64,000 bases of DNA from an uncultured delta proteobacterium (lineage in GTDB: Bacteria; Myxococcota; Myxococcia; Myxococcales; Myxococcaceae): the NCBI GenBank assembly GCA_963713045.1, contig CAVQKE010000004.1:1056001-1120000 (forward strand), given 5' to 3'. Numbering within the stretch: position 1 is the first letter of the stretch; each line of letters begins with the position of its first letter. Positions 12,267 through 22,025 of the stretch are shown here, piece by piece. A program made the position numbers and the translations under genes. The notes under the pieces were generated by a model. That model saw only the letters and a program-made list of their open reading frames with translations. It did no database searches and had not been told where the DNA came from.

Positions 12267-13181
12267 CTAGTCTGAGCCGAGGATGAGCTGCTCCAGAAGG
12301 GCCTTCTGCACGTGCATGCGGTTCTCCGCCTCGTCCCAAATGCGCGACTGCGGCCCCATCATGACGGCGTCGGTAATCTCCTCGTCGCGGTGGGCCGGTA
12401 GGCAGTGCAGGACGATGGCGTCTTTGGCCGCCAGCGCGAGCAGCGCCTCATCCACGGTGTACCCCCGGAGCGCCTCCCGGCGCTCCTCCGCCTCGTCCTC
12501 CTGGCCCATGCTGCTCCACACGTCGGTGGCCACCACGTCGACCCCGCGCACCGCCTCCTGCGGGTTTTCCACCAGCGTGACATGGCCGGCGGCGGCCTGG
12601 ACCCGCTCGGCAGGGGGCAGAAAGCCGGGTGGGGCAGACAGGCGGAGGGAAAAGTCGAAAAGGCGCGCTGCTTCGAGGAAGGAGAGCGCCATGTTGCTGG
12701 CACAGTCGCCGATGAAGACCAGCGTCCGGCCCTTCACCGAGCCGAGGGCCTCCTCGACGGTGAAGAGGTCGGTCAGGACCTGCACCGGGTGGCCCAATTC
12801 GGTCAGTCCGTTGACCACCGGGATGGACGAGGCCCGGGCGTACTCCCGGAGCCGGGCGTCGGTGGACGTGCGGAAGACCACTGCGTCGGCGTAGCCGGAC
12901 ACAATGCGGGCGGTGTCTGCCAGTGGCTCCCCGCGGGCGAGCTGACTGGTCGCGGCGGAGAGTTCCACCGCGTGTCCGCCGAGTTGGCCGATGGCCGCAG
13001 CGAAGGAGAGGCGCGTCCGAGTGCTGGCCTTCTCCATCAGGACGACCAGCGTGCGGCCGGCGAGCGAGGTGTCCAGCGCCCGCGCTTTGCGGCGGCGCTT
13101 GAGCTCGGCGGCTCGGGCGAAGAGGGCTCGATATTCGGGGATGGTCCGGTCGGCCAGTTGCAGGTAGTGCCGTGGCGTCAC
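12267..13181 (-). CDS. argF: Ornithine carbamoyltransferase
   Basis: STRT, HPVQ, DVWSSMGQE, HCLP and AENRMH motifs. GTGA overlap with the argH stop. Confidence 0.93.
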   Translation of the reverse strand: MTPRHYLQLADRTIPEYRALFARAAELKRRRKARALDTSLAGRTLVVLMEKASTRTRLSFAAAIGQLGGHAVELSAATSQLARGEPLADTARIVSGYADAVVFRTSTDARLREYARASSIPVVNGLTELGHPVQVLTDLFTVEEALGSVKGRTLVFIGDCASNMALSFLEAARLFDFSLRLSAPPGFLPPAERVQAAAGHVTLVENPQEAVRGVDVVATDVWSSMGQEDEAEERREALRGYTVDEALLALAAKDAIVLHCLPAHRDEEITDAVMMGPQSRIWDEAENRMHVQKALLEQLILGSD

Positions 13182-14623
13182 CACGTGACCTCCTGAAGCA
13201 CCTGGAAGAGGTGAGACAAGCGTGGAGTTGATTTGGCCAGCGCATGAGCCTCGACGGCGCGTGCCCGCAGCGCAGTCACCTGCGCGGCCACCGAGACCGG
13301 CCCGGTGCCCCCGGCGCTCTCCCGGCCCGGGACGGAGGTGCGCAGGTCGCGCGTCTGTTCGAGCGCCGGGACCAGGCGCCGGTCCACGGCCCGCGCCACC
13401 TCGGCTGACACCGCGGCAAGGGACTGGCCGAGGCCTTGGGCCTCCTTCACCAGGGTTCCCACCAGCTGGTAGGCGGTGCGAAAGGGAACTCCACTGCGGA
13501 CCAGCGCCTCGGCGACGTCGGTGGCTTGGGTGTAGTCCCCCTCCAGGGCGCGGAAGGTGGCATCCGCGTCGAAGGTGAGGTGGGGGAGCGCGACGCGCAG
13601 GGCGCGCACCACGCCCAGGACGAGCGGTCCTGAACTCAGCAAGGGCGCGCGGTCCTCCTGCAGGTCGCGGTTGTACCCAAGGGGGAGGCCCTTCACCAGG
13701 GTGAGCATCGCTACCAGGTTGGCCATCCCCGCTGCGCCCTTGCCCCGCACCAATTCGAAGATGTCCGGGTTGCGTTTCTGAGGCATGAGACTGCTGCCAC
13801 AGGCAATGGCATCTCCCAGCTTCAAGAAACGAAACTCCGAGGATGAGAAGTCGATGACGTCCGTGGCCAGGCGTCCGGCGTGAAGCAGGCAACGCGCCAC
13901 GGCGTAGCTGAAGTCGAGGCCGAAATCGCGGTCCCCAACCGTGTCCAGCCCGTTGAGGGTGAGCCGAGAGAAGCCGAGCAAGGTGCGCGGGATGTCTCGG
14001 TCGGTGGGCAGCGACGTTCCGGCGAGCGCGCCCACACCCAGCGGCGAGGCGTCCACCTGCCGGTGGACAAAGCTGAAGGCGTCGAGGTCGCGGGCGAACA
14101 TCGCCGCCGCCGCGCACCACCAGTAAGCGGCGGAGATGGGCTGGGCCCGCTGGCGGTGGGTGTAGCCCGGCATCACCACGTCGGCGTCTGCTTCGGCCCG
14201 CGCCACCAGCGCCTCCACCAGCCCGGCCAGGGCCTCGAGGGCCTCCACCAGTTGCTCGCGCACATGCAGCCGCAAGTCGAGCGCCACCTGGTCGTTTCGC
14301 GATCGAGCGGTGTGGAGGTAGCCAGCCTCGGCGCCGAGGCGGCGCGTCAACTCCGCCTCCACCGCCATGTGGATGTCCTCCTCCCCTTCCGCCGGACGCC
14401 AGGTCCCGGCCGCCGCCGCATGCCACAGCTCCACCAAGGCAGCGTGGAGGGCGCGTGCCGAGGCGAGCGGAATAATCTGCCGCCGCCCCAGCATGGTGAG
14501 GTGCGCCAAGCTTCCGAGGAGGTCCTCGCGCAGAAGCCTTCGGTCGCTCTCCAGAGAGCTGCTGAAGGCGAGCGCCTCGGGGTCCAGTGAAGGGCCACCC
14601 CCGGCCGCGGTCTTGGCAATCAC
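13178..14623 (-). CDS. argH: Argininosuccinate lyase
   Basis: LHTARSRNDQV, MPGYTH, GSSLMPQKRNPD and YNRDLQED motifs. Confidence 0.95.
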   Translation of the reverse strand: MIAKTAAGGGPSLDPEALAFSSSLESDRRLLREDLLGSLAHLTMLGRRQIIPLASARALHAALVELWHAAAAGTWRPAEGEEDIHMAVEAELTRRLGAEAGYLHTARSRNDQVALDLRLHVREQLVEALEALAGLVEALVARAEADADVVMPGYTHRQRAQPISAAYWWCAAAAMFARDLDAFSFVHRQVDASPLGVGALAGTSLPTDRDIPRTLLGFSRLTLNGLDTVGDRDFGLDFSYAVARCLLHAGRLATDVIDFSSSEFRFLKLGDAIACGSSLMPQKRNPDIFELVRGKGAAGMANLVAMLTLVKGLPLGYNRDLQEDRAPLLSSGPLVLGVVRALRVALPHLTFDADATFRALEGDYTQATDVAEALVRSGVPFRTAYQLVGTLVKEAQGLGQSLAAVSAEVARAVDRRLVPALEQTRDLRTSVPGRESAGGTGPVSVAAQVTALRARAVEAHALAKSTPRLSHLFQVLQEVTW

Positions 14624-15825
14624 CGCTGAGGCCCCCCGTGGAGCCGGGCGTATTCTTGAAGTTGCAGCCCCATCAGCTGGATGAAGCCCTCGGCGGCGCG
14701 ATGGTCGAAGCGGTCTTCCTTGCCGTAGGTGGAGAGGGCCTGGTTGTAGACGCCGAAGGGCGAGGTGCGGCCCACCACCCGGAGCGAGGCATGGTGCAGC
14801 TTCAGGGTGACTTCGCCGGTGACGCTTTTGTTGTGGACGTCGTTGAAGGCTTGAATTGCCTCGCGCAGAGGCGAGAACCAGAAGCCCTGGTACACCAGGT
14901 TGGCGAAGTGCTGGTCGAGCTCGCGCTTCACGGCGTGGGACAGGGCGATGGTGGTGAACCGCTCCAAGTCCTGGTGTGCAGCAATCAGGGCAACCGCCGC
15001 CGGCGCCTCGTACACCTCCCGGCTCTTGATGCCCACCATGCGGTTCTCCATCAAGTCGATTCGCCCCACCCCATTTTGGCCGGCCACCTCCCCCACCCGG
15101 CGGATGAGAGCTGCCGGGCCCAGGGCCTTGCCGTCGAGACTGACCGGCAGTCCAGCGTCAAAGCCAACGCGCAGAAGCGTCGGCGTCGCCGGAGCGGTGG
15201 CTGGCCCCCGCGTCCAAGCGAACGCCTCCTCGGGAGGCTCCACCGCCGGGTCCTCCAGAACGCCCCCCTCGATGCTTCGGCCCCACAGGTTCTCGTCGAT
15301 GCTGAAGGGGGACTTCTTGCTCGCCGGGACTGGAATGCCGTGCTGGGCGGCGTAGTCCATCGCCGCGTCGCGGCTGATGTTGCGCTCGCGTTGCGGCGCG
15401 ATGATTTTGAGGTCCGGCGCAAGCCCCTTGGTGCCCAAGTCGAAGCGCACTTGGTCATTTCCCTTTCCGGTGGAACCGTGAGCCACCGCCACCGCGCCGT
15501 GCTTGCGTGCGGCGGCCACCAGGTGTTTGGCGATGAGGGGCCGGCTGAGGGCCGAGTTCAGCGGATAGACCCCCTCGTACAGGGCATTGGCCTGAAGGGC
15601 GGGAAAGCAGAAGTCGCGGGCGAATTCCTCCTGCGCATCCACCAATTCGACGGCCACGGCGCCAGCGGCCTTGGCCCGGGCGATGACTTCTTTGGCATCA
15701 CGCGCCTCGCCCACGTCGACGTGGACGGCGATGACGTCGTAGCCGTAGTCGACGCTCAAAATTCTCACCAGCACCGACGTGTCCAGGCCGCCGGAGTAGG
15801 CCAGCACCACTTTGTCTTTCGTCAT
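14620..15825 (-). CDS. argG: Argininosuccinate synthase
   Basis: LAYSGGLDTS, HGSTGKGNDQVRF, SIDENLWGRSIEG and GIKSREVYEAP motifs. Confidence 0.96.
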   Translation of the reverse strand: MTKDKVVLAYSGGLDTSVLVRILSVDYGYDVIAVHVDVGEARDAKEVIARAKAAGAVAVELVDAQEEFARDFCFPALQANALYEGVYPLNSALSRPLIAKHLVAAARKHGAVAVAHGSTGKGNDQVRFDLGTKGLAPDLKIIAPQRERNISRDAAMDYAAQHGIPVPASKKSPFSIDENLWGRSIEGGVLEDPAVEPPEEAFAWTRGPATAPATPTLLRVGFDAGLPVSLDGKALGPAALIRRVGEVAGQNGVGRIDLMENRMVGIKSREVYEAPAAVALIAAHQDLERFTTIALSHAVKRELDQHFANLVYQGFWFSPLREAIQAFNDVHNKSVTGEVTLKLHHASLRVVGRTSPFGVYNQALSTYGKEDRFDHRAAEGFIQLMGLQLQEYARLHGGPQR

Positions 15826-16307
15826 TCCCGCTTCTCCTTCTTGAAGAAAAACTCCTCCAGCCGCTGGCGCAGTCGCGCCGCAGTGGTGCCGTGCGTCGGT
15901 GCAACGAAGACGGTGTCGTCGCCGGCGATGCTGCCGAGCACCTCGGGCAGGCGCGCCTGGTCCAGGGCCAGCGCCACCGCGGACGCCGCCCCAGGCCGGG
16001 CATTCACCACCACCAGAGAGCCGTTGTCGCGAACCGCTGTCACCAGCGCGCCCACCGTCCCAGCCGCCCAAGGCGCCGCGCCGGTGGTGGGCAATTCATA
16101 GGCCATGCCGCCGCCCGGCAGGGGCGCTCGGCGGGCGCCCAGCGCCGCCAGGTCCCGCGAGAGCGTCCCTTGCGTCACGTGGTAGCCCGCCCTGCCGAGG
16201 AGCGAGCGCAGCGCTCCTTGCGTGGCCACCCGTCGCTCGGCGAGCAGCCCTCGGATGACTGCCCGGCGGGCCTGCGTCCCGTGCTCCTCTTCGCGCACCG
16301 AATTCAC
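15822..16307 (-). CDS. argR: Arginine repressor
   Basis: TQGTLSRDL wHTH and GSIAGDDT motifs. Confidence 0.93.
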   Translation of the reverse strand: MNSVREEEHGTQARRAVIRGLLAERRVATQGALRSLLGRAGYHVTQGTLSRDLAALGARRAPLPGGGMAYELPTTGAAPWAAGTVGALVTAVRDNGSLVVVNARPGAASAVALALDQARLPEVLGSIAGDDTVFVAPTHGTTAARLRQRLEEFFFKKEKRE

Positions 16308-18394
16308 TGCAGCGTCACCAGCGTCCCCACGCCCCGGTCGGTGAAGAGTTCAGCAATTCCAGAATGGGGCACTCGCGCATCAATCACGTGCACCCGTTCC
16401 ACGCCCCCGCGCAGCGCTCGGAGGATGGCCAGCACCGTCACCTTGAGGTCCCCCGCCACCGCGCCGTCGGCCAGCTGGTGCTCGAGGTCGCGTGCCGTCA
16501 ACTGGCCCTGCAGCTCGCCGTCCACGGTCAGCCCGGGAGCGTCGAGAAGGATGATGAGCTTGCGTGCGCCGACGGCCACCGCCACTTCCGCGGCGACGGC
16601 GTCGGCAAACATGTGGAAGCCCATCCCACCCTCACCCAAGCCGACGGGGGCGATGACCGGGACGTAGCCCCCGGCGAGCAGCATCTCGAGGAATTCCCGG
16701 TTGACCTCGGTTACCTCGCCCACCCGGCCGAGGTCGCCCCCTTCATTGACCAGTTTGCGCGCCCGGAGCAGCGGTCCATCCTTGCCCGACACCCCCACCG
16801 CACAGCCGCCGTCGCTGTTGAGGAGGGTCACCAACTCGGAGTTGACGCGGCCGGTGAGCACCATTTCGACCAGTTTGAGGTCCGTCTCGTCTGTCACCCG
16901 GACTCCGTCGACTTCCCCCGCCTCCCCGGCCCCCAGCTGCTTGAGGGTGGCGGCAATCTCATGTCCGCCGCCGTGCACCACCAGTGGGCGCAGGCCCACC
17001 GAGCGCAGCAGGTTGACGTCGTCGCAAAAGCTCCGCTTCAGCGTCTCCTTCACCATCGCTCCACCGCCGAGCGACAGGACGCAGCGGCTGCCAGCAAAGC
17101 GGGAGATGTATTTGAGGGCCTCCACCAGCAGCGCCCGTTTGAAGCCCGGGCTGTACCTGGTCAGCCGGTCATCCTTCGCCACCGAGCCGTCCGAGCCGGG
17201 GACGATGAGCGAGGTGTAGTCGGCATTAATTTTCACGTAGTCATAGCTGAGGTCGCAGCCCCAGGCGGTTGCGGTGGAGGTTCCCTCCGCCAGGTGCACT
17301 TGAATCAGCACCTTTGGCTCGCGCATCCGGACCCGCAGCGCGTCCGCGTCGTGCGGCGCTGGAGCGCCCCGCCCGTACACCAGCACTTCCTGGATGTGGA
17401 CCTCGGCGCGCTCCGGGTCGACGGGCCAGTGCTGCGAGCCTGCCCGGGCGCCGACGGTGGCCAAAATGCGTCCCCAGTTGGGGTCCGCCCCGAAGACCGC
17501 GGACTTCACCAACGGCGAGACGGCAATGCTCTTGGCGGCATCTCGGGCGATGGCCACGTCCGGTGCGCCGGACACTTCGACGCTCAGCAGGCGAGTGGCG
17601 CCCTCTCCGTCGGCCGCGATGTCCTGGGCAAGTTGAATGCAGAGCTGGGCAAGCGCCTCGGCGAAGGCCTCGAAGTCTTTGCCCTCCGCGGCCAGCGGCG
17701 GGTTGGCGGCAAGGCCGTTGGCCAGGGCGAAGACGACATCGTTGGTGCTCATGTCCCCGTCGACGACGAGGCAGTGAAAGCTGCGGTCGACGGCCAAACG
17801 CAGCGCCTTGGCGAGGACGGCCGGCGGCACCGAGGCGTCGGTGCAAACCACCCCAATCATCGTCGCCATCTGCGGCGCAATCATCCCCGAGCCTTTGGCC
17901 AACCCAAGCAGCCGCACTTCTTTCCCGCCGAGCAGCAGCGAGCGCGATGCCACCTTCTTGTGGGTGTCGGTGGTGAGGATGGCTTCGGCAGCCGAGTCCC
18001 AGCCGCCTCCCAGCGAGGCCACCAGCCGCTCCAGGCCGGCGACAATCTTCTCCAGCGGCAACCGAACGCCGATGACGCCGGTGCTGGCGGTGTAGACGCT
18101 GCTTGCCTCCACCTGCAGGGCGTCGGCGAGTGCGTCGCGTACGCGTTCGACGTCCTCCTCGCCGGCTCGCCCGGTGAGGGCGTTGGCGTTGCCGCTGTTG
18201 ATGAGCACTGCACGCGCGCCTTGGGCCGGCAGGCGCCCTTCGGCGTCGCGGACCGGAGCCGCCTTGGCCCGGTTGATGGTGAAGCAGCCCGCGGCCGAGG
18301 CCGGCACGTCACTCACCACCAGGGCAAGGTCCTTGCGGCCCGGCTTGATTCCAACGTGGAGGCCGGCGAAGCGGAAGCCGAGGGGGCCATTCAT
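16304..18394 (-). CDS. argJ: ArgJ ornithine acetyltransferase fused to a C-terminal acetylglutamate-kinase (ArgB)-like domain
   Basis: ArgJ motifs NSGNANA, STGVIG, KGSGMIAPQMATM, DMSTND, DGEGAT, DPNWGRI and GCDLSYDYVKINADY. The frame continues without a stop into VVHGGG, DGVRVTD, GVSGKDG and ELFTDRGVGT. Confidence 0.92.
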   Translation of the reverse strand: MNGPLGFRFAGLHVGIKPGRKDLALVVSDVPASAAGCFTINRAKAAPVRDAEGRLPAQGARAVLINSGNANALTGRAGEEDVERVRDALADALQVEASSVYTASTGVIGVRLPLEKIVAGLERLVASLGGGWDSAAEAILTTDTHKKVASRSLLLGGKEVRLLGLAKGSGMIAPQMATMIGVVCTDASVPPAVLAKALRLAVDRSFHCLVVDGDMSTNDVVFALANGLAANPPLAAEGKDFEAFAEALAQLCIQLAQDIAADGEGATRLLSVEVSGAPDVAIARDAAKSIAVSPLVKSAVFGADPNWGRILATVGARAGSQHWPVDPERAEVHIQEVLVYGRGAPAPHDADALRVRMREPKVLIQVHLAEGTSTATAWGCDLSYDYVKINADYTSLIVPGSDGSVAKDDRLTRYSPGFKRALLVEALKYISRFAGSRCVLSLGGGAMVKETLKRSFCDDVNLLRSVGLRPLVVHGGGHEIAATLKQLGAGEAGEVDGVRVTDETDLKLVEMVLTGRVNSELVTLLNSDGGCAVGVSGKDGPLLRARKLVNEGGDLGRVGEVTEVNREFLEMLLAGGYVPVIAPVGLGEGGMGFHMFADAVAAEVAVAVGARKLIILLDAPGLTVDGELQGQLTARDLEHQLADGAVAGDLKVTVLAILRALRGGVERVHVIDARVPHSGIAELFTDRGVGTLVTLQ

Positions 18395-19455
18395 GTGAGG
18401 GCCCCGCGCTCGACGCACAACCCGTGCGTCTCCGGCAGTCCGAGCAGGGCGTTGAGGTTTTGCACCGCCTGGCTGGCAGCCCCCTTGAGGAGGTTGTCGA
18501 GCGCAGAGATGACAACCACGCGTCCCGGGTCGAAACCTCCCAGCGCGCAGGCCACGCCGACCCGTGCTCTGGGCGAACCAACCACCGAGCGCAACGTCAC
18601 CTCCTCGGGGGTGGCAACCACTTCCACCAACGGTTCGTGGGCGTAGGCATCCCGCAGTGCCTGCTGCAGCCGTTCCGGCGCCACGCCAGGGCGGATGCGC
18701 GCAGAGACGGTGCACAGGATGCCCCGACGGACCGGCAGCAAATGCGGTGTGAAAGTGAAGGCGGCCGGATGCCCGGCTGCCCATTGGAAGGACTGGGCAA
18801 TCTCCGGCAGGTGCTGGTGGCGCAGCACGCGGTAGGCCCGCATGTCCTCGTCCAGCTCTGCGAAGCTGTAGGGTTCCTGCGCCTGGCGCCCAGCACCAGT
18901 GACGCCGGAAGCAGCGTCCACCACCACCGCCTCTTCGGTCAGGAGGCCAGCCGACAACAGCGGCGCCACGGCGAGAGCCGCTGCCGTGGGAAAGCATCCT
19001 GGGTTGGCCACCAACCGGGCTTTGGACAGCCCGTCTCGGCCAAGCTCAGGAAGTCCGTAGACGGCCTCGCTGAGAAGTTCCGCCGAAGGGTGCTCGAAGC
19101 CGTAGGCCGACGAATAGGCGCTGGCCGACTTGAGTCGGAAGGCACCCGAGAGGTCCACCACCCGGACGCCCAGCTCCAGCAGCTCCGGAACCAGGCGCAG
19201 CGACACCTCGGTGGGCGTGGCAAGCATCACCACCGCACATTCCTCAGCGCGCTCGAGCGCGCGCTCCACCGCCTGGTAGTGCAGCCCGCCGACCGTGCCG
19301 CCAATGCCTGTCCGCGCTCGAACGGTGTCGCCCTCCCACCGTTCACTGGCGGCAAAGCGAACCGAGATGTCTGGATGCTGGGCGAGGAGACGGCACACCT
19401 CGATGCCCGAATAGCCCGAGGCCCCCACCACGCCCACTTCATAGTTATGCGACAA
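18391..19455 (-). CDS. argC: N-acetyl-gamma-glutamyl-phosphate reductase, start uncertain
   Basis: GASGYSG, VDLSGAFRL, ANPGCFPT, SGVTGAG and DNLLKGAASQAVQN motifs. Confidence 0.93.
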   Translation of the reverse strand: MSHNYEVGVVGASGYSGIEVCRLLAQHPDISVRFAASERWEGDTVRARTGIGGTVGGLHYQAVERALERAEECAVVMLATPTEVSLRLVPELLELGVRVVDLSGAFRLKSASAYSSAYGFEHPSAELLSEAVYGLPELGRDGLSKARLVANPGCFPTAAALAVAPLLSAGLLTEEAVVVDAASGVTGAGRQAQEPYSFAELDEDMRAYRVLRHQHLPEIAQSFQWAAGHPAAFTFTPHLLPVRRGILCTVSARIRPGVAPERLQQALRDAYAHEPLVEVVATPEEVTLRSVVGSPRARVGVACALGGFDPGRVVVISALDNLLKGAASQAVQNLNALLGLPETHGLCVERGALT

Positions 19456-19491
19456 GGTTGCGTACTTATGCAGACTCCTCGCCCGCGTCAA
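19436..19491 (-). promoter_or_regulatory. arg operon promoter with tandem ARG boxes
   Basis: Minus strand TTGACG-17 bp-TAAGTA. Boxes TCTGCATAAGTACGCAAC (19474-19457) and GTCGCATAACTATGAAGT (19453-19436) are separated by 3 bp. Confidence 0.75.
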
Positions 19492-19615
19492 GCGACGTTC
19501 AGGCGACACCCGCTGTCCTCTGTCGCCATCGGCCGAGGGACGGCGGCGGCGTCGCTCGCCCGGCGCGGCGAAGTCGCAGGTGCGGTGGCGCGCCGGCCCA
19601 GCTACAAGGGGCGCA

Positions 19616-20374
19616 ATGAATCCCGCTCCGACCGCCGTCCTCTCGGTCGAGAACCTCTGCAAGTCCTATGGAAGCTTGCGAGCAGTGGACCAGGTCGCCT
19701 TCCACGTCGCGCCGGGGGAAATTGTCGGATTGGTTGGGCCCAATGGCGCCGGCAAGACGACCACCATCAACATGATTCTGGGAGTGCTCGAGCCGACGGC
19801 GGGACAAATCGAAATCGAAGGCGTCAGCGTTGAGGCCGACCGCAGTCGGGCTCTGGCGAGAACCAATTTCGCGGCGGTCTATGCGCCCCTGCCTGGAAAT
19901 CTGACGGTCGAGCAGAATCTGCGCATCTTCGGGATGATTTACCTGGTCGAGGCGCTCTCCGAACGCATTGAGGAGCTGCTCACGGCTTACGACCTTGCGC
20001 GGTTCCGTCGAGTCAAGGCGGGCGTGCTGTCCTCGGGGGAGCAGAGCCGTCTCAGCCTAGCCAAGGCGATGCTCAACCGGCCGAGGCTGCTGCTGCTCGA
20101 CGAGCCAACGGCGTCCATCGACCCCTCCGCCGCGCGGGACGTCCGTGCGGGAATCTCCGCCTTCGTCGAGGGGGGCGACTGCGGCGTTTTGTGGACCAGC
20201 CACAACATGTATGAGGTCGAGGCGGTCTGTCATCGAGTCCTCTTTCTCTCTCGCGGGAGGATTCTGCTCGAGGGCGACCCCAAGACCCTTCCCCGCGAAC
20301 ACGGTGCGGCGAGTCTGGACGACCTCTTCGTCGCGGTGGCGCATGAGGCGCTGCACCAAGGACAAGCACCGTGA
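19616..20374 (+). CDS. ABC transporter ATP-binding protein
   Basis: GPNGAGKT, LSSGE, LLLDEPT and SH motifs. Confidence 0.95.
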   Translation: MNPAPTAVLSVENLCKSYGSLRAVDQVAFHVAPGEIVGLVGPNGAGKTTTINMILGVLEPTAGQIEIEGVSVEADRSRALARTNFAAVYAPLPGNLTVEQNLRIFGMIYLVEALSERIEELLTAYDLARFRRVKAGVLSSGEQSRLSLAKAMLNRPRLLLLDEPTASIDPSAARDVRAGISAFVEGGDCGVLWTSHNMYEVEAVCHRVLFLSRGRILLEGDPKTLPREHGAASLDDLFVAVAHEALHQGQAP

Positions 20375-21174
20375 GCGGCCGGCGCATCGCGGCCATCGTC
20401 TTGCGCCAGCTCTACCTCCTGGGCGGGAGTCCCCAACGGGTGGTGCCCCTGTTCGCCTGGGCCGCCGTCGACATCCTGCTGTGGGGCTTCATCACCCGCT
20501 ACCTCAACTCGGTCGCCCAAACCGGCTTCGACTTCGTGCCGACACTCTTGGGCGCGGTGCTGCTGTGGGATTTTCTCACCCGCATCATGCAGGGCGTGAC
20601 CATGGCCTTCTTCGAGGACGTCTGGTCGCGCAATTTCCTCAACTTCTTTGCCACTCCCCTTTCCATTTCCGAATACCTGGTTGGCCTGGTGGCCACGGGA
20701 ATCGGCACCAGCCTGGTGAGCTTGCTCGCCATGTTGGCACTTGCCCGGCTGGCGTTCGGCTTGTCCTTCCTCAGCTACGGCCTGGCGCTCGTCCCGTTTC
20801 TGATGGTGCTTTTCCTCACCGGCATCGCACTGGGCATCACCGGCGCGGCCATCGTGCTGCGCCTTGGGCCCGCGTCAGAGTGGCTCATCTGGCCGATTCC
20901 GACGCTGATTTCCCCCTTCGCGGGCGTCTTCTACCCAGTTTCGGTTCTGCCCGGCTGGATGCAGGTCGTCGCCCGGGGTTTGCCGCCGTCCTACGTCTTT
21001 GAAGGCATTCGGGCTCTGGTTGCCGGAAAGCCCGCTCCTTGGGACCGCCTCGCCCTCGGTGGCGGCCTGGCCGTTGCCTACGTCGTCCTTTCCTGCATCT
21101 GTTTCGCTTGGGTCTACCGCTACGCGCTCCGCACCGGCCTCATCGCCCGCTACAGCGCCGAGACGGTGAGCTGA
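20371..21174 (+). CDS. ABC-2 type permease
   Basis: Six TM segments, GVFYPVSVLPGW motif, GTGA coupling to the ATPase gene. Confidence 0.9.
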   Translation: MSGRRIAAIVLRQLYLLGGSPQRVVPLFAWAAVDILLWGFITRYLNSVAQTGFDFVPTLLGAVLLWDFLTRIMQGVTMAFFEDVWSRNFLNFFATPLSISEYLVGLVATGIGTSLVSLLAMLALARLAFGLSFLSYGLALVPFLMVLFLTGIALGITGAAIVLRLGPASEWLIWPIPTLISPFAGVFYPVSVLPGWMQVVARGLPPSYVFEGIRALVAGKPAPWDRLALGGGLAVAYVVLSCICFAWVYRYALRTGLIARYSAETVS

Positions 21175-21178
21175 GGCT

Positions 21179-21712
21179 TTACTTGCCCTCGGCCTTCTGG
21201 CGCGGGGCAATCCAGGTAATCAGGTCCCAGGCATCGCGGATTCCCACCAGCAACAGCGCGAGCAGGCAGACCGCCGTCGCGTAGGCCGCCCATTCGACCA
21301 GGACCCAAAGGGCGGCCGAAGCGGCCAGGAGTCCCAGGTAGACCACCGCCGGAACAACGCCGTAGAAATAGAAGTCCGACCAGTGCGGCGGCTCCTGGCC
21401 GGGGAGTCCCACACGGATTCCAATGCAAGCCCGCACCGCATTGGCCAGCCCAATGAGGGCGCTCAGGCCGAAGAGTGCTGCCGCCGCCGACGCTGGCACT
21501 CTCGGCGCCAAGGCCACAGCGCTGGTCGTCAGCACCACCCCGAAGTGGATGACGGTTGGCGTCATGTAGATTTTGTTCGCGGTCATCACCCTTGATTTTT
21601 CAAGGCCGGAGGTGAGGGTGATGACGACAAACAACAGCCCAATCAAAGCCGCCGCGGCGGACCCAATCATCAAGTAGAAATTGTCCCAACCGTGAAACAC
21701 CGCCTCTTCCAT
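21179..21712 (-). CDS. Conserved-type membrane protein
   Basis: GWDNFYLMIGSAAAALIGLLFV...IRDAWDL with about 5 TM segments. Confidence 0.75.
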   Translation of the reverse strand: MEEAVFHGWDNFYLMIGSAAAALIGLLFVVITLTSGLEKSRVMTANKIYMTPTVIHFGVVLTTSAVALAPRVPASAAAALFGLSALIGLANAVRACIGIRVGLPGQEPPHWSDFYFYGVVPAVVYLGLLAASAALWVLVEWAAYATAVCLLALLLVGIRDAWDLITWIAPRQKAEGK

Positions 21713-22025
21713 GCGCTCACCTTGCCGTCAGCCGGATGGATAGGCAAACGCTTACAAAGCGTCCTGAGCCGGGGTCGCCGCTGCTGAGAAGTCTTCAGTC
21801 AGTGCGGGACTCGGCCGACGCGCGGCACCAGCGACTTTGGACCCGGGGTCAAAAGGTCGACGTTGGACGGCGGCTTCGGTGTGGCCCCGCAAGTGCCTGG
21901 CGCGTGACAAGAGACGGTCCTGGGGACCACGCGCCTTTCTAAGGCCCTGCTTCAGCGAATGGGCTTGCCATCGGGCGTTCCGAAGCGCCCAATGGACACC
22001 TCCTGTCGACGTGCGAGGGAGTCGC

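Noticed and set aside
12246..12269. TTAGCCGTCCC tandem duplication at the argF stop
   Set aside because: Only two copies of 11 bp; this looks like simple slippage with no evident function.
14587..19833. Long plus-strand ORFs opposite the arg genes, and similar ones at 24638..26914, 34616..36685, 40855..43269 and 46855..48765
   Set aside because: These are shadow ORFs of well-supported genes, expected in high-GC DNA, and carry no recognisable motifs.
21834..21855. Imperfect palindrome CTTTGGACCCGGGGTCAAAAG upstream of pirin
   Set aside because: It is a single copy with no assignable regulator.
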